Source: an uncultured Nitrospiraceae bacterium
Lineage (GTDB): Bacteria > Nitrospirota > Nitrospiria > Nitrospirales > Nitrospiraceae
NCBI GenBank assembly: GCA_963711905.1
Contig: CAVQFZ010000019.1
Location: 12,265-76,264, forward strand
Direction: 5' to 3'
DNA: 64,000 nt
Below the pieces are notes generated by a model. It worked only from the letters and a program-made list of their open reading frames with translations, did not search any database and had not been told where the DNA came from. The position numbers and the translations under genes are program-made. Each line of letters begins with the position of its first letter. The first letter of the stretch is position 1. Shown here in pieces: positions 20,258 through 29,710 of the stretch.

Positions 20258-22693
20258 ATGAAGAAAAGAAGGCAATTTTGCACCGTGCGGCTTGCGCTTG
20301 GAGCAGCCATGACGGTGCTGACGGCGGCGATGAATGCGCAGGCCGCCGACAAGCTCGATAGAACGGTATTGCCGATTCCGGAACCGAGCTATACGCATAG
20401 CACCGTGCTCGATGCTCATAAGGCCACTCCCCCGCCTCGCTTCGAGGTCAAAGCCCCCAAGAATGCTCCCAACGTGGTGATCGTCCTGCTTGACGACATC
20501 GGCTTCGGCCACTCCAGTTCCTTCGGCGGGCCTATCCATATGCCTACGCTGGAGAAGCTGGCGGACAACGGATTGAGGTACAACCGCTTCCACACCACTG
20601 CGTTGTGCAGCCCCACGCGCGTGGCCCTGCTCACTGGCCGCAACCATCATGTGAACAATGCCGGGGCGATCATGGAGCTGGCCACGGCCCATCCCGGCAA
20701 TACCGGCGTGCGGCCTCTGAGCGTGACGCCGCTGGCTGAGATTCTGCGCCTGAACGGATTCAGCACCGCGGCCTTTGGCAAGTACCACGAGACCGCGCCG
20801 TGGGAAGTCTCCGTGTCCGGCCCGTTTGACCGCTGGCCGACACGTTCCGGCTTCGACAAGTTCTATGGTTTCATCGGCGGCGAGACCAACCAGTGGGCGC
20901 CGGGCATCTTTGATGGAACAGTGCGCATCGAGACGCCGAACACGCCTGGCTATCACTTCACAACAGACATGACCGATCAGGCGATCAAATGGGTGAGCGC
21001 ACAGCAGACCCTCACTCCCGACAAGCCTTTCTATATGTACTTCGCGACCGGCGCCACGCACGCCCCGCACCATGCGCCCAAGGAGTGGATCGAGAAATAC
21101 AAGGGCCAGTTCGCAGGCGGCTGGGACAAGCTGCGCGAGGAGACCTTCGCCCGCCAGAAGAAAATGGGAGTGATTCCCGCTGATGCCAAACTCACCCCGC
21201 GGCCCAAAGAGATTCCCGCTTGGGACGACATGAGCGCCGACCAGAAGCGGCTCTTCGAGCGCCAGATGGAAACGTTTGCCGGGTTCGCCGAACACACTGA
21301 TCATGAAGTGGGCAGGCTGGTCTCGCAACTGGAAGCGATCGGCGAACTGGACAACACGATCTTCTTTTACATCGTGGGTGACAACGGGTCCAGTGCGGAA
21401 GGCGGACCGGAAGGCACCTACAACGAAATGATGGCGCTGAACGGAATCGTGGGCAAGGCCGAGCAGATGCTGGACCACATCGACGAATGGGGCGACCCTA
21501 CGACCTTCCCGCACTTCGCCATCGGGTGGGCCTGGGCGGGCGACACACCATTCCAATGGACCAAGCAGGTCGCCAGCCACTTCGGCGGCACGCGCAACGG
21601 CATGGTGCTGCACTGGCCCAACGGGATCAAGGTCAAGGGCGAGATCCGCTCCCAGTTCAGTCATGTGATCGACGTGGCGCCGACGGTGCTGGAAGCTGCG
21701 AAACTGCCGGAGCCCAAGACGGTGAATGGCATCAAGCAGTGGCCCATGGACGGCGTCTCGATGATCTATTCTACCGACCATGCCAAGGCCAAGGACCGCC
21801 ACACCACGCAGTATTTCGAGATGTTCGGCAACCGCGGCATCTATCATGATGGCTGGATCGCCTGCACACGCCATTCGATTCCCTGGTTGATGATACCGAA
21901 CCCGCCACTGACCTCGGACGTCTGGGAACTGTACAACGTGGACAAGGACTTCAGCGAAGCCGACAACCTGGCGGCACAGTATCCGAAGAAGTTGAAGGAA
22001 TTACAGAAACTCTTTCTCAAGGAAGCCGTCAAAAACAATGTGCTGCCGATCGACGACCGGCGAGCCGAGCGCTTTAATCCCGCGATAGCCGGCAGGCCGG
22101 ACCTGATGGGTGGGCGGAAATCGCTCACGGTCTACGAGGGCATGACCGGCATGATGGAAAACGCATTCATCAACGTGAAAGGAGTCCACCATACTCTTAC
22201 CGCTGAGATCGAGGTGAAGGATACGATAGCCGGTGGTGTGATTATCGCGCAGGCCGGCTACTTCGGCGGCTGGACCTTGTACATGAAGGAAGGCACGGTG
22301 CATCACGAATACAACTGGTTCGCCCTGGAGCGCACCAACATCAACGCACCTTCCGCTCTCTCACCCGGGAGGCACACGATCCTGTACGAGTTCATACCCG
22401 ATGAAGCCAGGCCGGGAACAGGTGGCAAGTCCATCCTCACGATCGATGGACAGAGGGTCGCGGAAGGACACATCCCCAAAACTCAGCCGTTCATGTTCTC
22501 GGCGGATGAAGGAGCGGATGTGGGTGAAGACGGCGAAACCAATGTGTCGCCGGACTATAAGCAACACGACAACAAATTCGCCGGCAAGATCCATAAAGTC
22601 ACGATCGAATTGAAGGAGACGAGGACTGCCGGTGCGGATGAGATGAAACAGGCCATGCAAGAGGCGGCCAAGCGGAAACTCGTGTCTGATTGA
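20258..22693 (+). CDS. Cys-type arylsulfatase, exported
   Basis: PNVVIVLLDD, FHTTALCSPTRVALLTGRNH (CxPxR), FGKYH, GDNG and a C-terminal LamG-like extension. Confidence 0.92.
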   Translation: MKKRRQFCTVRLALGAAMTVLTAAMNAQAADKLDRTVLPIPEPSYTHSTVLDAHKATPPPRFEVKAPKNAPNVVIVLLDDIGFGHSSSFGGPIHMPTLEKLADNGLRYNRFHTTALCSPTRVALLTGRNHHVNNAGAIMELATAHPGNTGVRPLSVTPLAEILRLNGFSTAAFGKYHETAPWEVSVSGPFDRWPTRSGFDKFYGFIGGETNQWAPGIFDGTVRIETPNTPGYHFTTDMTDQAIKWVSAQQTLTPDKPFYMYFATGATHAPHHAPKEWIEKYKGQFAGGWDKLREETFARQKKMGVIPADAKLTPRPKEIPAWDDMSADQKRLFERQMETFAGFAEHTDHEVGRLVSQLEAIGELDNTIFFYIVGDNGSSAEGGPEGTYNEMMALNGIVGKAEQMLDHIDEWGDPTTFPHFAIGWAWAGDTPFQWTKQVASHFGGTRNGMVLHWPNGIKVKGEIRSQFSHVIDVAPTVLEAAKLPEPKTVNGIKQWPMDGVSMIYSTDHAKAKDRHTTQYFEMFGNRGIYHDGWIACTRHSIPWLMIPNPPLTSDVWELYNVDKDFSEADNLAAQYPKKLKELQKLFLKEAVKNNVLPIDDRRAERFNPAIAGRPDLMGGRKSLTVYEGMTGMMENAFINVKGVHHTLTAEIEVKDTIAGGVIIAQAGYFGGWTLYMKEGTVHHEYNWFALERTNINAPSALSPGRHTILYEFIPDEARPGTGGKSILTIDGQRVAEGHIPKTQPFMFSADEGADVGEDGETNVSPDYKQHDNKFAGKIHKVTIELKETRTAGADEMKQAMQEAAKRKLVSD

Positions 22694-22980
22694 TAGCGAG
22701 TTGAAGGGGGACGTAGTACGTCGGATGGCGTATGTGGCACCCCAGTCAAGGATAGAGCACACAAGATGGGGTCTTGCCTCGTGCCTCTGTGAGCTATATT
22801 CCACGCCATGGTTACGTCCACTGCGTCCTGAGTTGTCCGGGGCGCTCAGCCACGCTACTTCTTGGATGACGAATTGCACTTGACATTCCCCGTGGCTCGC
22901 TACGGGATTGGCCGCTCCTTCCGAGCGGTCGTGAGAATTGAGTTCTGAGATACCCCGCAGCGTGCTGCGGGGAGCTTCAG

Positions 22981-23210
22981 GCGCTGCACGAGAGTCTCAC
23001 ATCGGATGCGGCTTTCGGAATGTCCGATCCGGTGCTGAGCGGGTTCTTACGAGTTGTGACTCATCCACGAATCTTCGTCGATCCGACTCCGCTTTACATC
23101 GCCATGGAGTTGGTCGCGTCGGTGCGTGACCATCCCGACGCGGTGACAGCGAGGCGAATGCGAAGGGCAACCTCGTAGCCAATGCCTGCTTGGCCGCTCT
23201 TGCCATTGAG
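22981..23210 (+). pseudogene. vapC: Relic of VapC-type PIN toxin
   Basis: FGMSDPVLSGFLRVVTHPRIFVDPTP and, in a second frame, NAKGNLVANACLAALAIE match TIGR00028-type VapC. No start codon and an internal deletion. Confidence 0.7.
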
Positions 23211-23438
23211 GCTCAACGCCTGTTGGAAGACTCGCGGGCTTCATTTGCTCGCCCCAGCCGTCGGCAGAGATTCCCTCGCGCGCGAGGAACGGCCATCGTC
23301 CTAGCGAGCCGGGTGCTGCTGTTCATATTCAGGTCCGTTTCCCTCCGTCTGTGCTGAGGCCGGGGAACCTTGCGCACCGCAGTGCGGCTAGACGACCAAG
23401 GGATGCGGTGCAGGACTCGGGGCAGGTCGGCAGCCGTG

Positions 23439-25292
23439 TCACTTCAGGCCCGCATGCAGCAGGAGGATACGGCGCACCTCCTCGATGGTCTCGGGCTTCC
23501 CCTGCGTGGAGTGGCTCGACCGCACGACCAGCTCGGACTCGACCCCGTCGATATGGGCGCTCGAGTACTCCACGACGCCGTCGTTGCCCTCTTCGATCGG
23601 CCCGTCTCCCTCGACCGCGATGATCGAATGGGCCTTGATCGACGGGGCGACGGGGATCTGCTGCAGGCCCTGGATGAAGGGATTCTTCGGCGACATGTTG
23701 TCGACGGCCGTCGGCCAGACCGGAAGACCCACGACAGAGTCCCGGTTCCTGAAGACGTCAGCACCCACCTCCTTGGAGAGGGGCGACGGGGTCAAGACCC
23801 GCCGGAAGACGTTGCCGAGGAATTTCCGCCCCGCCACGAAGCTGCCGCGATGCGGGGTGGCAATGAACACCACGCGAGAGACCTCCGGCAGCGGCTCGAG
23901 GAACATCCCCTTCTGGAACAGGTCGCGGGTCGCGTCCGACAGCTCCAGCTCCTGGAGCGGCTTGCGACTCACGGCGTTCCAAAGCCGATCCCCGGTGCTG
24001 ATCGCCTGCATTTTGACCAGCAGGCCTCCTTGGCTATGCCCGATCAGCACCATCCGCCGTAGAGCTTGGTCCTTGCCTTCGGGATCGAGTCGCGCCACCG
24101 TCTCAGTCAGGGCCTCGCGCAGGTGTAGCGAGGACAGGGCGACCGGATTGCCGGAATCGTACTGGAAGAACCAGGCCTGGTAGCGGCTCCGTAGCTCGGG
24201 GTCGGCTTGGAGACGGTTGAACATCTCCGCCCAGCGGAGCGGGCTGGACGTTGTGCCGTGCACGAAGACCACCGGGATGAGCCCAGGATGATACGGCGAG
24301 ACGGAGACGAGCGGAGGTGGGAGCTCCACCCCAGCGAGCCGACCCAAGAACCGGAGGAGTTCGAGGTTCCTCGACACGTCGGCGAAGGAGAGCGCCAGCG
24401 CCGCCGATGGCTCGTTCTCGAGCGGGATCTCCTCGCCCGCGATCGAGACCGACTCCTCGTCCCAGGCCAGGTGAGGCTCGATCGTACCAGTGAGCGGGCG
24501 TCCCTGGACGAGGCCCTGCCGGGCATGTGGAATCCGGAGCAGCACGGTCAGCGGCACCTTCAGCCGCGGTGCCACCAGATCCCGGCCAGGCTTCGAAGCG
24601 TCGATGGGTCTCGTGGAAGCAGCGAGCGGGACGCCGAGGCCCGGCGAGCGATACCGCATCGCCAACCCGCGTACCTTCAGCTCCGAGCTGGGAATCAACC
24701 GATACAGCTCGCGATCTCCAGTGCGCAAGGCGGCGGGATCGAAGGCCACGTCGATCTCCCCAAAGGGCAGCTTGAACCTGCCGCCTTTGAGGACGACCTC
24801 CGACCCATCCGCCGAGGCGAACGTTCCTGTGAGCGCCCAGTTGTACAGGTCGGCGGCAATCCGGAGGCGAGGGTCGAAACGCCCCGGGGCTTGGCCGGTC
24901 CCTTCCGGGAACAGGAACGCATAGGCGTAGACGGCTGCAGCGAGGTGGTATTCGGACTGCTCGGCCTTCTGACCGTGGAGGAAGGAGAGCTCGGCCAAGG
25001 CAAAGAGGAGGTCGGGATTACCACGTTCCTCGACCATGGTCCGGTGCAGGGCGGTAATGACGTCTTCCGGATGCTTGTCGAAGGCATCGAAGAGGCCGTG
25101 CTCGAAGAGCACGTTGCGCGTGGGCCAGCTCGGGTCGCCCGTGGTGACGGCGCTCCGGGCGAGATCGTGCCGGACGTCCTTGGGGTCGTCCCGGACCGCT
25201 GTCAGTGGGGCCGCACAGGCCGCCAGGACCAGACACAGGGCGCCGAGCAGGACCGGTAGTCGGCGGGGCTTCGGTTCACGTTGAGGACTCAC
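23439..25292 (-). CDS. Alpha/beta-hydrolase (lipase/esterase-like) lipoprotein
   Basis: Lipobox LAAC after GTG25292, PVVFVHG, GHSQGG nucleophile elbow, DGVV and H.STQ. The ORF extension to 25874 is antisense to DUF4105 and non-coding DNA. Confidence 0.85.
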   Translation of the reverse strand: MSPQREPKPRRLPVLLGALCLVLAACAAPLTAVRDDPKDVRHDLARSAVTTGDPSWPTRNVLFEHGLFDAFDKHPEDVITALHRTMVEERGNPDLLFALAELSFLHGQKAEQSEYHLAAAVYAYAFLFPEGTGQAPGRFDPRLRIAADLYNWALTGTFASADGSEVVLKGGRFKLPFGEIDVAFDPAALRTGDRELYRLIPSSELKVRGLAMRYRSPGLGVPLAASTRPIDASKPGRDLVAPRLKVPLTVLLRIPHARQGLVQGRPLTGTIEPHLAWDEESVSIAGEEIPLENEPSAALALSFADVSRNLELLRFLGRLAGVELPPPLVSVSPYHPGLIPVVFVHGTTSSPLRWAEMFNRLQADPELRSRYQAWFFQYDSGNPVALSSLHLREALTETVARLDPEGKDQALRRMVLIGHSQGGLLVKMQAISTGDRLWNAVSRKPLQELELSDATRDLFQKGMFLEPLPEVSRVVFIATPHRGSFVAGRKFLGNVFRRVLTPSPLSKEVGADVFRNRDSVVGLPVWPTAVDNMSPKNPFIQGLQQIPVAPSIKAHSIIAVEGDGPIEEGNDGVVEYSSAHIDGVESELVVRSSHSTQGKPETIEEVRRILLLHAGLK

Positions 25293-25569
25293 GCACCGCA
25301 AGGGTGAGACTGCGATCAGAGGGTTTTGTTTCTCCCGTTGGTATGACTGATACACCGGGTAGGATTCTCCCTTCCGGGCGAACCGAATTGACAGGGCATG
25401 GTGCACAGATCTTGATTGACATGTCAACACCCAGTAAGTAAAATTTCCTCCCCTAGTACTCAAACCAGCTCGCAGGCAGTTCTCAGCATGATCTCCGCTT
25501 GCCGTGCGAGGGTACGGCCGAAGGCTCAGTGATTCATTCCTGTCGGTGTTGGTGAAAGAAGGGGAGGCT

Positions 25570-26578
25570 GTGAGTAGGACGAAAACCTGGCGCGAAAGTT
25601 TGATCATCAAGGCGCTGGCCTGGCCGTTGGTCCTCATAGGCATCGCCTGGGCGGCGCTCGCGCTGTGGATCGACGGGCCATCGACCAGCTGGCTTGCCGG
25701 GCTGCTCGCGCTGGGGCTCGTCGTGGCGACCATGGCCTTGCTGGTCTGGATCAGGCCCTTTCGCCGAGCTGTATTGGGAGTCGTCGCGGCGTTCTCTGAT
25801 CGTGCTGTTGTGGTGGCGCTCGATCCCGCCAAGTAACGACCGGGACTGGACCCCCGATGTGGCACGGCTTCCACGAGCCTCCATCATGGGAAGCCGAATC
25901 ACGATCGAAAATGTGCGCAACTTCGAGTACCGGAGCGAGACGGACTTCACGGAGCGGTGGGAGACCCGCACCTACGACCTGGACAAGGTTCGCAGATTCG
26001 ACATGTTTCTCTCGTTCTGGGGGCCCACAGCCATCGCGCATACGATCGCGAGCTGGGAGTTCGACGACGCGCCGCCGCTCGCTATCTCCATCGAGACCCG
26101 GAAGGAGAAGGGAGAATCCTACGACGCGCTCAAGGGCTTCTTTCGCCAGTTCGAGCTGTACTACGTGGTTGCCGACGAGCGTGACGTGATCGGTGTGCGG
26201 ACGAACCACCGCGGGGAACGCATGTACCTCTACCGGCTGCGGGTGCCCCCGGAGCGCGCCCGCGCGCTGTTGCTTGATTATGTTGAAGAGATCAATCGTC
26301 TGGCGGACCAGCCCGACTGGTATAACGCCCTGATCCATAACTGTACGACGTCGATCCGCATGCACGGCCAGCATATCGGGGAAGCGGGTGCCTTGGACTG
26401 GCGGATCTTGCTGAACGGTCGCCTCGATGAAATGGGGTATGAGCGGGGACGGCTCGATACCAGCTTGCCGTTTCCGGAGCTGAAGAAGCGGAGCGAGATT
26501 ACCGAGAAGGCGAAGGCCGCTGGCGTGTCCCCCGACTTTTCCCGCCTGATTCGCGAGGGGCTGCCCAACCCGTCATGA
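25570..26578 (+). CDS. DUF4105 (Lnb N-terminal-like) membrane protein; apparent frameshift at ~25795
   Basis: The N-terminal TM part (frame of 25504) joins ORF 25694 at ttctct. Motifs PSNDRDW, RNFEYRSETDF, AHTIASW, YNALIHNCTT; SD ggggagg. Confidence 0.8.
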
Positions 26579-26584
26579 GTTTGG

Positions 26585-26977
26585 ATGCCATCAGCCCGGG
26601 CTCAGGGGGAATCTGATGCTACTTCGGAGCAGCCGGTTGCGCCGGTGGGCTCGTTCGTCGGCGTGCGTTACGACCAGTGGAAGATCGTCTTCGCCGAGCA
26701 ACGGGCGCATGGCTTTGATGTCTGGCAAGAGCCGTTCGTGCCGCTGCGTTTCCCGAAGCTCTTCAATCTGCGCTCGGATCCCTTCGAGAGCGCCGATGAA
26801 GACAGCTGTGACTTTGCACATTGGCGCGCGGAACGCGCGTTCGTGCTGGTGCCCGCGCAGCAGTTCATCGGGCAATTTCTCGCTACCTTCAGGGAATTCC
26901 CGCCCAGCCAGAAGGCCGGCAGTTTCTCGCTTGACAATGTGTTGCAGTCGCTCCAGCGCGGTGGGAGCGACAAGTAG
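26585..26977 (+). pseudogene. C-terminal fragment of a second arylsulfatase
   Basis: WKIVFAEQRAHG..WQEPFVPLRFPKLFNLRSDPFE..FPPSQKAGSFS, with no catalytic N-terminus. Confidence 0.75.
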
Positions 26978-27214
26978 ACTGGCGCTTTCCGGCCGCGAGG
27001 TTCGTCGAGTGAAACGGCGGCGGCCCCGGAAAGAGCGGTGTGGGCACGCCGATCGTTAATGAGAACAAAGTCGCGGAAGGACCCCGCGCCTCCGGGCTCG
27101 CGGAACGCCGACGCGGCGGGACTCCGCGGCTGATCCCGCTTGCAAGCAACCATCGACAGGCTGATGACCCGCATACCTCTCGCCATCATGTCTCGTCCAC
27201 TTTCTGCCGCGAGC

Positions 27215-27973
27215 TCAATAGCCGAGCCCTCTCGCTTTCAGCCGGACGCGCATCACATACATGTGGGCCGTGATGTACGGCGCGCGGCCGTCGTCCCCGA
27301 ACGCGCAGTTCCCGGTGGCCTGCCCGGTTGAGGATCGTTCCCAGGTGCATGCCGTGGGGTGTCAGGATCAAGACGCCACCCGGACCTGTGGCGAACAGGT
27401 TGCCCTCCGTATCGAGCTTTAGGCCATCGGGCAGCCCGCTGCGAGTCTTCGCCAGCGAGCCCGGCATCGAACAGGATACGACTCGCTCCCAGCGACCCGT
27501 CCGGACGCACAGCAAACGCGCGCCAGATCGGAGCCGCCGGATCGGACTGCGAGATGTACAGCGTCTTCCCGTCGGGCGAAAAACCAAGCCCGTTCGGCCT
27601 CGTCATGTCCCGCGTGAGCAGGCTCACCGCGCCGTTGCGATGGACTCGAAAGACGCCCTGATAGGAATCTCGCGCGCCGGGTCGTCGAACTGCTTCACCA
27701 TTCCGTAGGGAGGATCGGTGAAATAGAGGTCGCCGTTCCGGTGCAACACGACGTCGTTCGGACTGTTGAACCGCGCTCCTTCGTACCGATTCGCGATGGT
27801 CGAAAACTTCGGCGCCGGCGCCGACAGCGGCGGCTCCATGCGCGCGATCCGGCGATCGCCGTGCTGGCAGAGGACCAGCCGTCCCTCATGGTCGCGATCC
27901 TTGCATCTGGTGCAATCAACCGATCCAGTGCTGGATCGAGTCGTTCGATCTTCGGCATATCAGGACCCCTCAT
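27215..27973 (-). pseudogene. SMP-30/gluconolactonase family relic
   Basis: Fragments in several frames: IERLDPALDRLIAPDA, RLVLCQHGDRR, FNSPNDVV..LYFTDPPYG, PNGLGFSPDGKTLY, PDGLKLDTEGNLFATGPGG. Has an internal deletion plus frameshifts. Confidence 0.85.
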
Positions 27974-28094
27974 GCGCCTGAGTCCGTAGGGACGTTGGTG
28001 CAGCCCGCCTCTTCATCTTGCCGTCCACATGATCGATCGACGCCAGTGTGCGGTCGATCCGATGTATTCCGTCCAAGTGTCGAACAACCTACAA

Positions 28095-28110
28095 CTGTCA
28101 CAATTGACAG
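28095..28110. promoter_or_regulatory. Palindrome CTGTCA-N4-TGACAG, candidate operator
   Basis: Inverted repeat about 200 bp upstream of the lipoprotein gene; resembles 11265-11281. Confidence 0.4.
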
Positions 28111-28308
28111 GTGTACAAGACGTTGTCAATGTGTGGTCGGGCAGGAGTGTGGTGGCTGCGTCACTCCGTTGAGTTCCAACGCCGATCTGGGTATAAGGAA
28201 ACGACAATACCCGTATGGATCATTCCTACCTTGTATCGTCGCGCAGCGAGTGCGTGAATGCAGCGGAACTGTCCATGAATAATGAAGGTCGAGGGGTGGG
28301 GGATTGAG

Positions 28309-29070
28309 ATGAAGTCATGGCCTATGAAATCCGCCGCGTCTGTGGGCTTGTTGTTATGTGTTTTCGTCCTCAGCGGCTGCGCGAGTTCAATTTATGGGTG
28401 GCAGGTGCGAACCAGTTCGACTCCCTTGTCTGCATCGGGTGAGCCTGCGGTCTTTCAGCAGGAACCGGTCGCGCTGCTCCCTGCCGTGACCGTCCCGGCT
28501 CTGCGGGGAAACGAAGTGGCGTTGGCCTATTATCTCCATGAGATCCTGCGCAAGGTCGCGCCCGAATGGAAGCTTGTGTCTCCGCAACAGACAGTGGCGC
28601 GCATCAATGGAGCAGGCTTGGCCGCCGAGTACATGCGCATGAGAGCGGGTCATGAGGAGAGCAACATCTTCGATCGTGATCAGCTGCGCAGGATCGGCGT
28701 GGAAATCGGCGCCCGATATGTATTCCAGCTGCGCATGGCCGCCTTTACGCAAACCATGACGGACCGCTGGAAGTTTCCCGCCCTTGACATACGGGTCTCG
28801 CAGACTCGTTCGAGCGATATGCGGCTCGTATTGCAGTTGTGGGATGCGAAAACCGGGGAGCTGGTCTGGTCCTCCGCCGCTGAAACGAGCATGCAGAACG
28901 AAGCGGTCTCCCAAGATCCGGTGTATCTGGAAGATATCGCTCGCGCAACGTTGGGCGGCATGATTGCCGATTTTCTGAACAGAAAAACGGCGTCCAAGTA
29001 CACGCCGGTCAATAAAGTCCTCGACGATTTGATTAAGGAGGCCATGCCGCAGGAACAGAATGGAAAATAG
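28309..29070 (+). CDS. Uncharacterised lipoprotein
   Basis: Lipobox LSGC and MRLVLQLWDAKTGELVWS, reminiscent of CsgG/LpoB-like alpha/beta lipoproteins. Confidence 0.75.
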   Translation: MKSWPMKSAASVGLLLCVFVLSGCASSIYGWQVRTSSTPLSASGEPAVFQQEPVALLPAVTVPALRGNEVALAYYLHEILRKVAPEWKLVSPQQTVARINGAGLAAEYMRMRAGHEESNIFDRDQLRRIGVEIGARYVFQLRMAAFTQTMTDRWKFPALDIRVSQTRSSDMRLVLQLWDAKTGELVWSSAAETSMQNEAVSQDPVYLEDIARATLGGMIADFLNRKTASKYTPVNKVLDDLIKEAMPQEQNGK

Positions 29071-29392
29071 GCCGACGGGAACTCGGCACAAAACAATCAA
29101 GGAGGAAGACTCAATGTTGAACAAACTCTCGATGGGAGCGGCGGTGTTGCAGTAGACGGAATGCTGCACCGGCATCAGCAGCTTTCTTCGTCAAGTTCAA
29201 GGTCTGAATAAGGGAGGAGTCGAAAAGGTTCGCTATCGCATCAAAGACACTGTCTTTGTGGACAGCCCTGGCACGTTCAAACTGCCGTTCGATGAAAAAG
29301 GGTGGAATCGACCTTGGTTTGGGCCAACAGCCTGAGCAACAAATAGCCGATTGAAAGCTCTCCGGGATTCCGCAGTTGGTCAGTTTCTTCTC

Positions 29393-29476
29393 GTCATTCC
29401 CGCGTGTTTCAAGCGGGAATCCAGGAAATCCGGAACGTCTGGATGCCCGCTTCCGCGCCGCAGGCGCGAGCATGAC
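29393..29476. repeat. REP-like palindromic element GTCATTCCCGCG..GCGGGAATCCAG..CTGGATGCCCGC..GCATGAC
   Basis: Nested inverted repeats of a widespread ATTCCC-N-GGGAAT miniature repeat type; absent from the homologous block at about 14640. Confidence 0.7.
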
Positions 29477-29710
29477 CTCATCTCTGCAAGGCCGCGACAC
29501 TGGCCCATCTTTCGAAAAGTTCCGCTCACTCGCACCTGATCACATCCGCTTAAATACGGAATCTTGGTAATTTAACGATGCCTTAACGCTCAGGTGTTGA
29601 CTCGTGGTTGTTGGTGGGCTATTGCCCACGCCGGCACCTGGAAGCAAGCACTCCGGTCGTACCGCCGCGCATAAAGTATCGCGGCCGGTTTCCGTGTGCC
29701 TCGCAGCCAT

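Noticed and set aside
4115-21874. Long antisense or alternative-frame ORFs (e.g. 4115..5371 -, 20165..21874 -, 24207..25259 +, 30419..31231 +)
   Set aside because: They are shadows of well-supported genes in GC-rich DNA and have no family motifs.
29113-29154. 13-codon ORF MLNKLSMGAAVLQ after a GGAGG SD
   Set aside because: Probably the stump of a deleted gene; too short to call.
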